A DNA stretch of 64,000 bases from Microgenomates group bacterium GW2011_GWF2_46_18 (GTDB lineage Bacteria; Patescibacteriota; Microgenomatia; UBA1400; UBA12108). Location of the stretch: the NCBI GenBank assembly GCA_001002415.1, contig LCMB01000001.1, positions 33,999 to 97,998 of the forward strand. Direction: 5' to 3'. The notes below the pieces were generated by a model that saw only the letters and a list, made by a program, of their open reading frames with translations, searched no databases and was not told where the DNA came from. Positions 1-9,910 of the stretch are shown here, piece after piece (the stretch's first letter is position 1; each line of letters starts with the position of its first letter). The position numbers were made by a program, and so were the translations under genes.

Positions 1-140
1 AGGTACCTCGAGTACTAACTCTTAATGGTTCAGGAAAACACGCAGAAAGGCCCAAAAATTAGGCTGAGAAGAGAGTGAAAAAAGATAAATCGATAAACAT
101 AATTTGATTTAACTCGTGTTTTCTTGAATGTGTCCTTATT

Positions 141-743
141 CTACGCCAAAATACCCATTTCGTCCAGTTCGGAGCGGATTTTTGAATAAGAAAAACCATG
201 GCGGGCAAGATAGGCTACCAGATGGGAACGATCGTAGAGGGCGGATTTTTTGCGGATTAGCTTACGAAGAGCCGAATGGTCTATTTCGGGGGTGATAACC
301 ATCTTAATAAGATCGCGTGAAATCCCCTTTTGAGCTAATTCGGCGGATAACTGGAGAGCGGAGCGGGGACGAAACGAATTGCGGGAGTTGACAAACCAGC
401 GGGCAAAGGCGAGATCATCTAAATAGCCTTTGTCAATTAATCGATTAATCAATGAGTCTTGTTGATCAGGATCTTTGACTTGATACTCTCTAAGCCGATC
501 GCGGACTTCTTTGATGGAGCGAGGGCGAAAAGAGAGAAAGTTGAGGACTTTGGCATAAACTTTTTCGGCGTCGTCGAAAGCTTTGAGTGATTGAATGCGC
601 TCAGGCGAAAGTTCGACTCCTTTTGCTAAACCCTGTTTAACCACTTCATCAAGGGAAAGAGCAAGAGTAAAGAGGCCATCCACGTAGATATTAACGCGAG
701 ACGGATTACGCTTGCCGGCTGACAGACGCGTAATTATTGCCAT
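141..743 (-). CDS. recX: RecX regulatory protein
   Basis: RVNIYVDG N-terminus, LSFRPRS..E, GYLDD..FA and YLARHGF motifs; downstream of recA; start moved to the ATG at 743. Confidence 0.9.
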   Translation of the reverse strand: MAIITRLSAGKRNPSRVNIYVDGLFTLALSLDEVVKQGLAKGVELSPERIQSLKAFDDAEKVYAKVLNFLSFRPRSIKEVRDRLREYQVKDPDQQDSLINRLIDKGYLDDLAFARWFVNSRNSFRPRSALQLSAELAQKGISRDLIKMVITPEIDHSALRKLIRKKSALYDRSHLVAYLARHGFSYSKIRSELDEMGILA

Positions 744-1489
744 AATGCAATTATCAAGGTGATTGAGAGAAAATAACTGGCAACAAATACTGTGCGGTTT
801 GTATACCACTGTTTGTTGAGTATGGTTGGGAAAAATTTTCCGGGCGTGCTGAGAATGATAAAGGTTTTGTAAAATTCGACAATGAGTCTTTCGAGTCCAG
901 CTGATCCTAAAATCAATATAGCTAAATTGTCTGTATAGCTATGAATAATAAAAGCTGAAAGAAACATAACTATAAAACTACGGGGAAATTTCAAAATCTC
1001 AAACCCTTCAATAGGAGCATCTTTCCAGACCCCCCCGATTGCTGGTATTATGGAAAGGATAATAGAGGGGATAATCCAGTAATTTCCATAATATTTGAGT
1101 AAAGAAAGCAAAATAATTATTACAGAAGTGAGGCTGGTGATCAGAATTCCGATAATTATTCGAGTCGTATACGTGGGAACTTTTCCGAAGATGTGAAATG
1201 ATTGGGGTATTTTATAGATATTTTTTCTTTGATTTTTGCGAAAAAATGCTTTCCAATATTCTTGTGTTAGTCTTTCTAGCGCAATGGCGGAAAATAGATA
1301 TACAAAGTTATGAATATTAGACTGATTTCCTGTGAATATCGTCAATAATCCCATGTAATAAACTACGGTTATCAGGGGGGATCGTAAAAAGCTAAGTAAG
1401 CTAAAATTTTCGTATGGAGAATCTTTGAAAGCTCCCCAAGAGGCTGTGGCAAATCCACCCGACAAACCAAAAATGAGATTATAGATCAT
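734..1489 (-). CDS. AT-rich polytopic membrane protein with a two-fold internal repeat
   Basis: 251-aa ORF with several hydrophobic helices and a duplicated KDxPxExF...RS / LERLxxExxKxF motif. Confidence 0.75.
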   Translation of the reverse strand: MIYNLIFGLSGGFATASWGAFKDSPYENFSLLSFLRSPLITVVYYMGLLTIFTGNQSNIHNFVYLFSAIALERLTQEYWKAFFRKNQRKNIYKIPQSFHIFGKVPTYTTRIIIGILITSLTSVIIILLSLLKYYGNYWIIPSIILSIIPAIGGVWKDAPIEGFEILKFPRSFIVMFLSAFIIHSYTDNLAILILGSAGLERLIVEFYKTFIILSTPGKFFPTILNKQWYTNRTVFVASYFLSITLIIALWQ

Positions 1490-1524
1490 AAATTTATGAT
1501 GAAGGAGACACGCGGAAGTGTCAA
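1490..1524 (-). promoter_or_regulatory. Putative leaderless sigma70 promoter of the membrane-protein gene
   Basis: Minus strand reads TTGACA-17 nt-CATCAT-6 nt-ATG(1489). Confidence 0.45.
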
Positions 1525-1555
1525 ATTGTTCTATGGCTAGTTATGTTTTACACTA

Positions 1556-2599
1556 TTAGCTGGCTTTTTCAGTCGTTTTGATTTTGTCCCAGATTTCCTT
1601 CTCAAGCTTCTTCATTAATTCCGGTCTTTCTTCCAAAATAACTTTGGTAGCTTCCCGGCCTTGGGCAAGCATTTCTCCTTTGTATTTAAAGAATGAACCA
1701 GATTTTTCGATAATTTCATGTTCGACGGCAATATCAAGCACACCTCCAGAGCGGGAAATACCGCCTGTCGTCATAATATCAAACTCGGCGAGTTTAAACG
1801 GAGGAGCAACTTTGTTTTTAACAATTTTGGCACGGTGGCGGGAGCCAATGATGGTCTCTCCTTCGGTAATATTGCCAATCTTGCGCATATCGATCCGAAC
1901 GGAAGAGTAAAATTTGAGGGCTTGTCCACCAGTAGTTGTTTCGGGATTACCAAACATGACACCGATTTTCATTCTGAGTTGATTGGTAAAGATCATAACG
2001 GCTTTACTTTTGCTGATAGCCCCGGTTAATTTGCGCAGAGCTTGACTCATCAGCCGAGCTTGCATACCCATCACGGCGTCACCCATTTCCCCTTCAATTT
2101 CGGCTTTGGGAACCAGAGCGGCTACGGAATCAACCACAATCACATCAATAGCACCGGAACGGATTAGGGTTTCGGCAATTTCGAGAGCTTGTTCACCGGT
2201 ATCGGGTTGAGAAATCAAAAGCTCATCAAGATTGACACCAACAGCCTTGGCGCGGGAAGGATCCAATGCGTGCTCGGCGTCGATAAAGGCAGCGGTGCCA
2301 CCATGTTTTTGGGCTTCAGCGATAACATGAAGACAAACTGTGGTTTTGCCGGAAGCTTCCGGACCATATATTTCGGTGATCCTGCCACGGGGAAATCCAC
2401 CAATACCGAGAGCCAAATCAAGAGCGAGAGCACTGGTCGGAATACAATCGATATCCATGTGGGTGGAAGTGCCTAGTTTCATGATGCTTCCGGTTCCGAA
2501 CTGTTTATCGATTTGTTCCATAGCCACTTTAATGGCCTGAAGTTTTTCAGATTGAAGAGTGCTTTTGGGAGGAGTGGTTTTGTCAATATTTTTGGTCAT
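1556..2599 (-). CDS. recA: Recombinase A
   Basis: GPEASGKTT Walker [42 protein letters not shown] upstream. Confidence 0.99.
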   Translation of the reverse strand: MTKNIDKTTPPKSTLQSEKLQAIKVAMEQIDKQFGTGSIMKLGTSTHMDIDCIPTSALALDLALGIGGFPRGRITEIYGPEASGKTTVCLHVIAEAQKHGGTAAFIDAEHALDPSRAKAVGVNLDELLISQPDTGEQALEIAETLIRSGAIDVIVVDSVAALVPKAEIEGEMGDAVMGMQARLMSQALRKLTGAISKSKAVMIFTNQLRMKIGVMFGNPETTTGGQALKFYSSVRIDMRKIGNITEGETIIGSRHRAKIVKNKVAPPFKLAEFDIMTTGGISRSGGVLDIAVEHEIIEKSGSFFKYKGEMLAQGREATKVILEERPELMKKLEKEIWDKIKTTEKAS

Positions 2600-2689
2600 A
2601 GTATTACCTCCATAAATATAATATCAGTAATATAAATATGACCCAAAAAGGACCCGAAATCAAGTGATCAAAATAGAACAAAGGGAAAT

Positions 2690-3103
2690 TTACCGTTTCG
2701 GAGATTGTTTGCCGCGGCGAGATTTGCCACCCTTGCCAACTTGGCGACGCTGGCGAGCACGAGGATCGCGAGTTAAAAGACCGGCGGATTTGAGAATTGG
2801 ACGGAAAGCGGCAGGATCGAGGGCGGAGAGAGCCCGGCTGAGTCCATGGACGGTAGCCCCAAGTTGAGAATTTTTGCCTCCACCTTTGACCATAATAGAA
2901 GCGGAATATTTGTTGAGAGTGTCGGTTAAAATAAAGGGTTGTCGATAAAGAGCTTTGGCGGTATCACCCGAAAAATAAACTTCGGCGGAAACCCCATTGA
3001 CGGTTAATTGGATTTTTTCGGTGTTGGGAACGGAAGGTTTACCGTAAAGACGGATACGGGCAATACTGGTCTTGCGACGGCCGACAGCGGGGGTATAGTT
3101 CAT
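2690..3103 (-). CDS. rpsI: 30S ribosomal protein S9
   Basis: GRRKTSIAR, GLLTRDPR, QSPKR C-terminus. Confidence 0.97.
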   Translation of the reverse strand: MNYTPAVGRRKTSIARIRLYGKPSVPNTEKIQLTVNGVSAEVYFSGDTAKALYRQPFILTDTLNKYSASIMVKGGGKNSQLGATVHGLSRALSALDPAAFRPILKSAGLLTRDPRARQRRQVGKGGKSRRGKQSPKR

Positions 3104-3531
3104 GATAATTTCTCCTTGTGGGTAAAGTTATTGGCGTGGGGATGAGTGGAGTCCAAATAAATTTTGAGACGGCGAAGACGAGGGGATTGGAGTTTATTTT
3201 TGGGAAGCATGCCACGGACGGCAAATTCGATCACTTTTCTAGCATCTTTCTCCATTTGTTTGCCCAAAGTAATTTCGCGATAGCCACCGGGATAATTGGA
3301 GTGGCGAGAGTAGGTTTTGGCCAAAAGTTTGTTACCAGTTACATGAATGGCTTTGGCGTTAATCACGACGCAGTAGTCACCCAAATCTAAGTTGGGAGTG
3401 AAGGAGGGTTTGTGTTTGCCCATGAGAAGTCCGGCAATTTGGGAGGCTAAGCGACCCAAGGTTGCACCCTGGCAGTCAAGCAAATGCCAAGCTCTAACGG
3501 TAGAGGCATTTTTGGCGGAAGTAGTTTTCAT
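3100..3531 (-). CDS. rplM: 50S ribosomal protein L13
   Basis: LGRLAS..A..L.GKHKP.FTP..D.GD, AVRGMLPKN. Confidence 0.98.
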   Translation of the reverse strand: MKTTSAKNASTVRAWHLLDCQGATLGRLASQIAGLLMGKHKPSFTPNLDLGDYCVVINAKAIHVTGNKLLAKTYSRHSNYPGGYREITLGKQMEKDARKVIEFAVRGMLPKNKLQSPRLRRLKIYLDSTHPHANNFTHKEKLS

Positions 3532-4052
3532 CGATCTCCTCGTTTACCTGCCCTCGAGGGGGCGAGTTTGACAGAACTAACTTTGGTCGTTTTGGGAGCG
3601 GTTAATTTGGGGAGAATAGGACTGGTTTTGACGGGAGTGGAGGCTGGGGATTCGGCTGGAGCAACTGAGGATTTGGTGGGAGTCACCGGTAATGCTTGTT
3701 TAGTCAAAGCAAGCCGAACCATTTTGGAGTTGTCTCCTAGGCGGACTCGAATGGGGGTAAGGCGAGTGTAACCCCCGCTTTTGGCGGCAGAGTAACGAGG
3801 GGCAATTACTTTGATGAGTTTGGCGGTGGCGCGTTTTTGTTGGACGAAGGAATGAACGCGACGCGTTGAAGCTAAGGTACCAGCAAGAGCCTGGGTAAGA
3901 AGTTTTTCAAAAATTGGCTGGACGGCTGAAGCCTTGGCAAAAGTGGTTTGGAGAGACTCTTTCTCGATCAACGAGATTACCAGGCTACGAAAAAGTGCCT
4001 GACGTTGTTGGGAGTCTCTCCCGAGCCGGTAGTGACTAATCTGTTTTTTCAT
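3528..4052 (-). CDS. rplQ: 50S ribosomal protein L17 with C-terminal extension
   Basis: LGR....R.AL.R, GGYTR, RLGD; follows rpoA. Confidence 0.93.
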   Translation of the reverse strand: MKKQISHYRLGRDSQQRQALFRSLVISLIEKESLQTTFAKASAVQPIFEKLLTQALAGTLASTRRVHSFVQQKRATAKLIKVIAPRYSAAKSGGYTRLTPIRVRLGDNSKMVRLALTKQALPVTPTKSSVAPAESPASTPVKTSPILPKLTAPKTTKVSSVKLAPSRAGKRGDR

Positions 4053-4951
4053 TTGACTCTAGTTAAACCTTTGCTAGTAAGGGCTTCATCGAGAAGATCA
4101 ACCGACTTGCCGCCAAGATTTTTGACATTCTTGAGATCTTTGTTGGTAGCCTTGATTAATTCTTGAGCCGAATTATAACCGGCGTTTTTGAGGGCATTAC
4201 TGACCCGAGTAGGTAAACCCAGTTCATCAATCCCTACCACAGAGGAGGTTCCGAGAGAACTAGCTACTTGCTCGTCGGGAAGAGTAGGATTAATAATCTG
4301 ACTAAAGGCGGCAACTAAGACCTCGGCGGCGGACTTGAGGGCGTCAGAGGGAGAAGTGGCTCCATCGGTAGTAATATCAATAACTAGTTTGTCGTAGTCA
4401 GTACGGCGGCCAACCCGAGTGGCGGCGACTTGATAACTAACGCGTTCGACGGGAGAAAAGATCGCATCAAGAGACAAAATACCGAGGGTTGAAGAAGGAC
4501 GTTCTTCGGCGGGCGAGTAACCATAGCCAGTTTCGATGGTTAGTTCAAGCTCAAGTTTGGTACCAGAACTAACGTTGGCGATCACCGCATCGGAATTGAT
4601 AACTTTCACGGTGGCGGGAGCGACAATGTCTTTGGCGGTAACAACCTTGGGGCCTTTAACCGAAAGTTTGGCGGTAACGGGTTCGTCACCAGTATAGGCA
4701 ACTTTGACAGTTTTGAGGTTGAGCATCAAATCAACCATGTCTTCGCTCAAGCCTTCAAGGGTGGAAAATTTGTGGGTAACACCAGCAACTTTGACGGCAG
4801 TAATGGCGGCCCCGCGGAAACTTCCCAAAAGGACACGACGGAGGGCATTGCCGAGGGTGTGGCCAAAACCGTTTTCAAGCGGTTCGATCGAGAAAATGCC
4901 ATGATTGGCAGTTTCTTGCTGAGTATTGAGGGCGAAGTGCATAGCTTTCAT
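4049..4951 (-). CDS. rpoA: RNA polymerase alpha subunit
   Basis: EPLENGFGHTLGNALRRVLL, DAIFSPV, alpha-CTD with KNLGGKS. Confidence 0.98.
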   Translation of the reverse strand: MKAMHFALNTQQETANHGIFSIEPLENGFGHTLGNALRRVLLGSFRGAAITAVKVAGVTHKFSTLEGLSEDMVDLMLNLKTVKVAYTGDEPVTAKLSVKGPKVVTAKDIVAPATVKVINSDAVIANVSSGTKLELELTIETGYGYSPAEERPSSTLGILSLDAIFSPVERVSYQVAATRVGRRTDYDKLVIDITTDGATSPSDALKSAAEVLVAAFSQIINPTLPDEQVASSLGTSSVVGIDELGLPTRVSNALKNAGYNSAQELIKATNKDLKNVKNLGGKSVDLLDEALTSKGLTRVK

Positions 4952-4962
4952 AAAGAACTCCT

Positions 4963-5571
4963 TTAGCGACTATAAAATTCTACGATTAATTGTTCATTAA
5001 TAGGTTCGGTTAAATCGGTGCGGACGGGGACGCGGAGCATTTTGCCAGCAGTAGCTTGACGTTTCAGCCAAGCTGGAGCTGAGATATCTTTGTTGGTTAA
5101 GAGAACTTTGATATAGGGGATCTGGGCGGCATGGTCTGAGAGAGAAACAACTTCGTCGGGACAAACGTTGTAGGAGGGAATAGAGAGCTTATGGCCGTTA
5201 ACTAGGACGTTGCCATGAGAAACTAATTGACGAGCGGCGCGACGAGTTGGAGCAAAGCCAAGCCGATAGATGACATTATCAAGTCGGCGTTCGAGGAGAG
5301 AAAGCATCACTTCGCCGGTAGCCAGGGGATTTTTGGAAGCCTGCAAATAATATTTATGGAATTGTTTTTCCAGCAAGCCATACATAACCTTGGCTTTTTG
5401 TTTCTCGGCGAGTTGGATTCCATAATCAGATTGTTTGCGAATACCCTTTTTCCCGTGTTGGCCAGGGGGGGTATTGAGCCGGCGTTCAAGTGATTTGGGA
5501 TTGGTTTTTAAGCCTAAATCAACTCCAAGACGACGAGCTTTTTTGTTTTTGGGTCCAGTATAACGAGCCAT
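4963..5571 (-). CDS. rpsD: 30S ribosomal protein S4
   Basis: MARYTGP, LERRLDNVIYRLGF, EQLIVEFYSR. Confidence 0.99.
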   Translation of the reverse strand: MARYTGPKNKKARRLGVDLGLKTNPKSLERRLNTPPGQHGKKGIRKQSDYGIQLAEKQKAKVMYGLLEKQFHKYYLQASKNPLATGEVMLSLLERRLDNVIYRLGFAPTRRAARQLVSHGNVLVNGHKLSIPSYNVCPDEVVSLSDHAAQIPYIKVLLTNKDISAPAWLKRQATAGKMLRVPVRTDLTEPINEQLIVEFYSR

Positions 5572-5573
5572 AT

Positions 5574-5945
5574 TTATCCGTGCCTTGGTTTTTTGGCTCT
5601 GGTCCCGTTGTGGGGGATCGGAGTCACATCTTGTAATTCGGTCACGCGAATACCAATATTGCGTAAAACACGCAAGGCCGCATCGCGACCTGGTCCGGGA
5701 CCTTTAATGTAGACAGCAGCTGAACGAAGCCCTTTGCCTTTGGCGGTTTCGATGGCAGCGGTGATCGCTTGAGTGGCGGCATAGGGAGTACTTTTGCGCG
5801 AACCCTTAAAACCAACTTTACCGGTAGAACTCCAGGCGAGGGCGTTGCCGGAAGGGTCAGTAATCGTTATCAAGGTATTGTTGAAGGTAGCTACGACGTA
5901 GATACGACCTTCATTGATTTGGGGAGAGGAGTTAGTAATTGGCAT
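5574..5945 (-). CDS. rpsK: 30S ribosomal protein S11
   Basis: TFNNT, GFKGSRKSTPYAA, DVTPIPHNG. Confidence 0.99.
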   Translation of the reverse strand: MPITNSSPQINEGRIYVVATFNNTLITITDPSGNALAWSSTGKVGFKGSRKSTPYAATQAITAAIETAKGKGLRSAAVYIKGPGPGRDAALRVLRNIGIRVTELQDVTPIPHNGTRAKKPRHG

Positions 5946-5966
5946 AAAATGTTTAGGTTAATTTAG

Positions 5967-6368
5967 TTATTGTCCTTCTGGAGTAGCGACTTTGGCGGCA
6001 TCTTCTTTCTTCATGGCACCAATGGTTTTACGTTTGCCGCGGAGGGTGCGAGCATTGGTACGGGTCCGTTGACCATGGACTGGCAAACCGACAGCATGGC
6101 GGTGGCCACGATAACTACCGACGCGCTTGAGTCTTTGAATGTTTTCGCGAATTTCTTTGCGGAGATCACCCTCTACTTTGTGAGATTCGAGGGCTTTTTG
6201 TAATTTGGCGACGTCTGTCGCGGTTAAATCTTTGGCTCGAGTATCGGGATTAATTTTGGTCACGGTTAATACGCTCTTGGCCAGGTGAGGTCCTACCCCA
6301 TAGATGTAGGTTAAGGCAACTTCAATGCGTTTTTTCTCTGGTAAATCGATACCGACTAAACGTAACAT
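5967..6368 (-). CDS. rpsM: 30S ribosomal protein S13
   Basis: LTYIYGVG, GLPVHGQRTRTNART. Confidence 0.99.
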   Translation of the reverse strand: MLRLVGIDLPEKKRIEVALTYIYGVGPHLAKSVLTVTKINPDTRAKDLTATDVAKLQKALESHKVEGDLRKEIRENIQRLKRVGSYRGHRHAVGLPVHGQRTRTNARTLRGKRKTIGAMKKEDAAKVATPEGQ

Positions 6369-6373
6369 ATAAA

Positions 6374-6487
6374 TTAACCCTGTCTTTGCTTATGACGAGC
6401 ATTCTCGCAAACAATAAATAATACGCGGCGTCGGCGGACAAATTTACATTTCTGACAGCGTTTTTTGAGTGAAGATTGAACTTTCAT
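6374..6487 (-). CDS. rpmJ: 50S ribosomal protein L36 (Zn-binding form); absent from the ORF track
   Basis: Translated by hand: [37 protein letters not shown]; lies between infA and rpsM. Confidence 0.97.
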   Translation of the reverse strand: MKVQSSLKKRCQKCKFVRRRRVLFIVCENARHKQRQG

Positions 6488-6490
6488 AGG

Positions 6491-6733
6491 TTATTTGGCG
6501 GGTGGCAGTTGGCCTTCCCGGATACGATAGGTAATACGACCCTTTTGAGAATCGTAAGGAGTCATTTCGATTTTAACTTTATCTCCAGGCATAATACTAA
6601 TTCTAAACATGCGCATCTTGCCAGATAAATGCGCAAGGATTTCGGATCCTTCGTCTAGTTGGACACGAAACATGGTGTTAGGGAGGGCTTCTGTTACTAC
6701 CCCTAAATGTTCTGTGACACCTGTTTTGGCCAT
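6491..6733 (-). CDS. infA: Translation initiation factor IF-1
   Basis: [29 protein letters not shown]. Confidence 0.98.
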   Translation of the reverse strand: MAKTGVTEHLGVVTEALPNTMFRVQLDEGSEILAHLSGKMRMFRISIMPGDKVKIEMTPYDSQKGRITYRIREGQLPPAK

Positions 6734-6769
6734 AGGATGGATTGTACCAGATTAGACAATCTGAGACAA
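6734..6769 (-). promoter_or_regulatory. Putative leaderless promoter of infA
   Basis: TTGTCT-17-TACAAT-7-ATG, with TG extended -10. Confidence 0.55.
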
Positions 6770-7507
6770 TGCTGGATTGGTCAGAATAAGACAACCGCCC
6801 GGGACAACCTGGACGGTCTCTTCGAATACGGCTGAAAGTGTACCATCTTTTACGGAGATTGTCCAGCCATCTTCCTCAAGAAAGAGAGCTGGTTTACCCT
6901 CGACATAGATGAGTTCAATGGCGAGAGTCTGCCCGAGGGTAATGACTGGGGTTTGCTCACGTGGGCCTAACACGCGATTACTAATCATGGGCTCTTCGTG
7001 AAGTTCCCGCCCTACCCCGTGACCAGTTAGCTCCCGAGTAGTGGAATAGCCATATTTTTTGACTGTCGAGTCCATCGCTAACGAGATATCGCCAATATAA
7101 TTTCCGGGTTTGACAGCGTCGATGGCTAGTTGAAGTCCCTCGAGTCCGGCTTGCAAAAAACGCCTTTGTTCGGGAGTACTATTTCCCACCACTTTACTAA
7201 AAGCGGCGTCGGTGTGAAACCCATGGTAATATACCCCGACATCAACCGTAATTAGGTCACCATCCCGAAAAGGAACGGTCGAGGTAGGAATACCATGAAC
7301 AATCCCGGCGTTTAGGTTAACACAGGTCGCCCAGTGATAGGAGGGAACTTTGGTAAAGCTTAGTTCACCCCCTAGTTGTTTGATCAGGCGACGAGCTTCT
7401 TGTTCGATAGCGGCAGGGGTGACGCCAACTTGGGTAAAAGCGTAGAGGTCACGCCTAACTTGGCCCAAAATAGCCCCTCCTTCTTGCATGGCGTGGAGTT
7501 TGTTCAT
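6752..7507 (-). CDS. map: Methionine aminopeptidase type I
   Basis: IVHGIP, DVG..HTD, TGHGVG..HEEP, AIE and FE metal ligands; adk-map-infA synteny. Confidence 0.95.
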   Translation of the reverse strand: MNKLHAMQEGGAILGQVRRDLYAFTQVGVTPAAIEQEARRLIKQLGGELSFTKVPSYHWATCVNLNAGIVHGIPTSTVPFRDGDLITVDVGVYYHGFHTDAAFSKVVGNSTPEQRRFLQAGLEGLQLAIDAVKPGNYIGDISLAMDSTVKKYGYSTTRELTGHGVGRELHEEPMISNRVLGPREQTPVITLGQTLAIELIYVEGKPALFLEEDGWTISVKDGTLSAVFEETVQVVPGGCLILTNPALSQIV

Positions 7508-7511
7508 AGAT

Positions 7512-8090
7512 TTAGGCGTTAATGTGCGAGAGAATTTCTTGGTGAACGGTGTTGATATCGGCTTCGCCGTTAATTTCGATTAAGACTCCTTGAGCCCGGT
7601 AATACGAAAGAACTCCTTCTTCTTCGGCCTGATAACGTCGAAGACGTTCGCGGATTAATTCTTCGGAGTCGTGGAGAGAACCGTCTTGAAGCTTGCGGCC
7701 ACGTTTAAGCAGGCGGTCAATACTAACTTCCTCACGAACTTTGAGATAAAAAACAAAATCGACTTTTTTGCCGTATTTGTCGAGTTTATCAGCCAAGAAT
7801 TCGGCTTGAGTCAGATTGCGGGGGAAGCCATCGATCACCCAGCCACTTTGCATTTCGGGATCTTTGAGCCTGGCTTTCCAGAGGACAAACATTTCGGAAT
7901 CACCGACATAGTGCCCGCTAGCCATGGTTTCTCGACAGATATCACCCATAATACCTTTGTCGATTTCAGCCATGCGACGAACTAAATCTCCGGAGGGTTG
8001 ACAGGGAATGGCAAGTTTCTCGGCCAACATTTTGGCTTGGGTGGTTTTACCCGCACCTTCGGGGGCATAAAAGATGATGTTCTTGGCCAT
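7512..8090 (-). CDS. adk: Adenylate kinase family protein (short LID, divergent)
   Basis: PEGAGKTTQA, SGDLVR, DGFPR..QA; secY-adk-map context; AAGGAG SD before ATG 8090. Confidence 0.88.
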   Translation of the reverse strand: MAKNIIFYAPEGAGKTTQAKMLAEKLAIPCQPSGDLVRRMAEIDKGIMGDICRETMASGHYVGDSEMFVLWKARLKDPEMQSGWVIDGFPRNLTQAEFLADKLDKYGKKVDFVFYLKVREEVSIDRLLKRGRKLQDGSLHDSEELIRERLRRYQAEEEGVLSYYRAQGVLIEINGEADINTVHQEILSHINA

Positions 8091-8171
8091 AATAAAACTC
8101 CTTAACATGAACTTATGATGAACAACTGGGTTATTATAGCGTACCGGAAGGAATGTGGAATAGTCCCCGAT

Positions 8172-8603
8172 TCATCGATAATTTTCGATTTTTCTACGTA
8201 ATACCCAACTGTTTATTAGATATAGAATACTTGCGAGCATTAAATATTGGATCAGGGCATTGGCTGTAAAGTTTTTATCGAGAGCAAAAGATACCTGTGG
8301 GGGTCCTTGTGTAAAATAGCTCCAAGTACGAAGCGCCAAGAACCAGATTGGAGTAAATAGGATAAATATTAAAATATCTAACAAATACCATGGCATTATT
8401 GGCAATCTGCGATATCTGGAAATAAGAATAAAAATGCTCGCTATAATTATTGGTGTAAATGTAGTTACACCAATTATGTATAGACTCAAAGATAGTTGAG
8501 GGTTAACGAGAGAAACGACGCGAGACATGATCATGGCATAGACAAAGAGTAAACCTATACCGATCAGATACGAAATAAGAAATGTAAAATAAAACTTTCT
8601 CAT
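8172..8603 (-). CDS. AT-rich four-TM hypothetical protein
   Basis: 143-aa ORF filling the secY-adk gap, four hydrophobic segments. Confidence 0.65.
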   Translation of the reverse strand: MRKFYFTFLISYLIGIGLLFVYAMIMSRVVSLVNPQLSLSLYIIGVTTFTPIIIASIFILISRYRRLPIMPWYLLDILIFILFTPIWFLALRTWSYFTQGPPQVSFALDKNFTANALIQYLMLASILYLINSWVLRRKIENYR

Positions 8604-8626
8604 AAGTAATTGTGTAAGTAAAGAAA

Positions 8627-9910
8627 CTACCTAACAAAACTATCGTAGGAACGGGCAACGGTGTAGGATTGCATTTTGCGGTAGGTTTCGAGAATAACGG
8701 AAACAACAATCAAGAGGCTGGTTCCGCCGACAGTAAAGGTCGAGACACCGGTAGCGCCGGAGATAAGACTAGGGAGAATGGCTATAAGACCCAGAAAAAC
8801 TGCACCGGGAAGAGTGGTTTTGCGCACAATGTTTCCCAGATAGGTGGCGGTGTGGGTACCAGGACGAATACCGGGAATATAGCCACCATTTTTTTTGAGA
8901 GAATCGGCAATTTTGGTTGTATCAAAAACAACGGCAGTGTAAAAGTAGGTAAAGCCGACCACAAGACTAAAATAAATGAGATTATAGGAGAGCGAGGTGG
9001 GGGTAAAGTGGGCGGAAAAATTGGCGGCAACAGAGGCGATATTTGGATTGGGGAGCTTAGCTAAAGCCTGGGCCAACATGGAGGGAGCTAGAACTAAGGC
9101 AATGGCAAAAATAATCGGGATCACTCCGGCGTTATTCAGTTTGATTGGCAAATAGGTCGAGGTAGTTCCACTGGCTCCACCGCGAATGCGACGAGAGTAC
9201 TGAACAGGAATTTGGCGTTTGGCTTCGTCGATGGCAATAATCGCGGCAATGACAGCCAAGCCGGCGACGGCGACGGCCAAAATATTCCAGGGATTGACAG
9301 TCGAGAGGATGGCTTCCGTACGCAAGAAACTAAGGGGAATGCGGCCAACGATACCAGCAAAAATAATCAAGGAGATCCCGTTGCCGAGGCCGTACTCGGT
9401 CAAGTTTTCACCCAGCCACATGAGAAAAATACTGCCGGCGGCCATGGTTGCAAGGAGCGCAAACAGAGCCAAGGGAGAAGTGATGGTGACGAGATTGCCG
9501 GACCTAAGAAGCATGTACATAGCGGCCGACTGTAGGAGTGCTAAAGGAACGGTAATCATGCGGGTGTACTGATTAATTTGTTCACTGCCGCTTTCACCCT
9601 CTTTGGAGAGTTCGGACAGTTTGGGAGAGATCATGGTCATAAGCTGCATAATAATCGAAGCGTTAATGTAGGGATTTAACCCTAAAGCTAAGACGGAAAA
9701 ATTGGCGAGAGTCCCACCAGAAAAAACGTCGAGAAGTGACAAAAGCTGATTGTTGGAAAAAACATCTTTAATCGCTTCGACGTTGACACCAGGAACGGGG
9801 ATATGAGTAATCAGACGGAAAATGGCAAGAATCAAAAGGGTAAAAAGCAACCTCCGCTTAAGTTCGCGGTTGGTTTTAATGGTAGTGATAATTTCACTGA
9901 TCTTGGGCAC
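8627..9910 (-). CDS. secY: Preprotein translocase SecY
   Basis: [43 protein letters not shown]; likely GTG start at 9910 (GGAG 6 nt upstream) overlapping rplO. Confidence 0.97.
   Translation of the reverse strand: MPKISEIITTIKTNRELKRRLLFTLLILAIFRLITHIPVPGVNVEAIKDVFSNNQLLSLLDVFSGGTLANFSVLALGLNPYINASIIMQLMTMISPKLSELSKEGESGSEQINQYTRMITVPLALLQSAAMYMLLRSGNLVTITSPLALFALLATMAAGSIFLMWLGENLTEYGLGNGISLIIFAGIVGRIPLSFLRTEAILSTVNPWNILAVAVAGLAVIAAIIAIDEAKRQIPVQYSRRIRGGASGTTSTYLPIKLNNAGVIPIIFAIALVLAPSMLAQALAKLPNPNIASVAANFSAHFTPTSLSYNLIYFSLVVGFTYFYTAVVFDTTKIADSLKKNGGYIPGIRPGTHTATYLGNIVRKTTLPGAVFLGLIAILPSLISGATGVSTFTVGGTSLLIVVSVILETYRKMQSYTVARSYDSFVR

Noticed and set aside
1..140. Possible gene at the left edge
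   Set aside because: The minus-strand ATG at 100 gives only 13 codons, and a plus-strand tail ending at 18 is too short to support
1526..2681. 9-bp inverted pair TTGTTCTAT/ATAGAACAA flanking recA
   Set aside because: Too short, with no transposase or target-site duplication; compatible with chance
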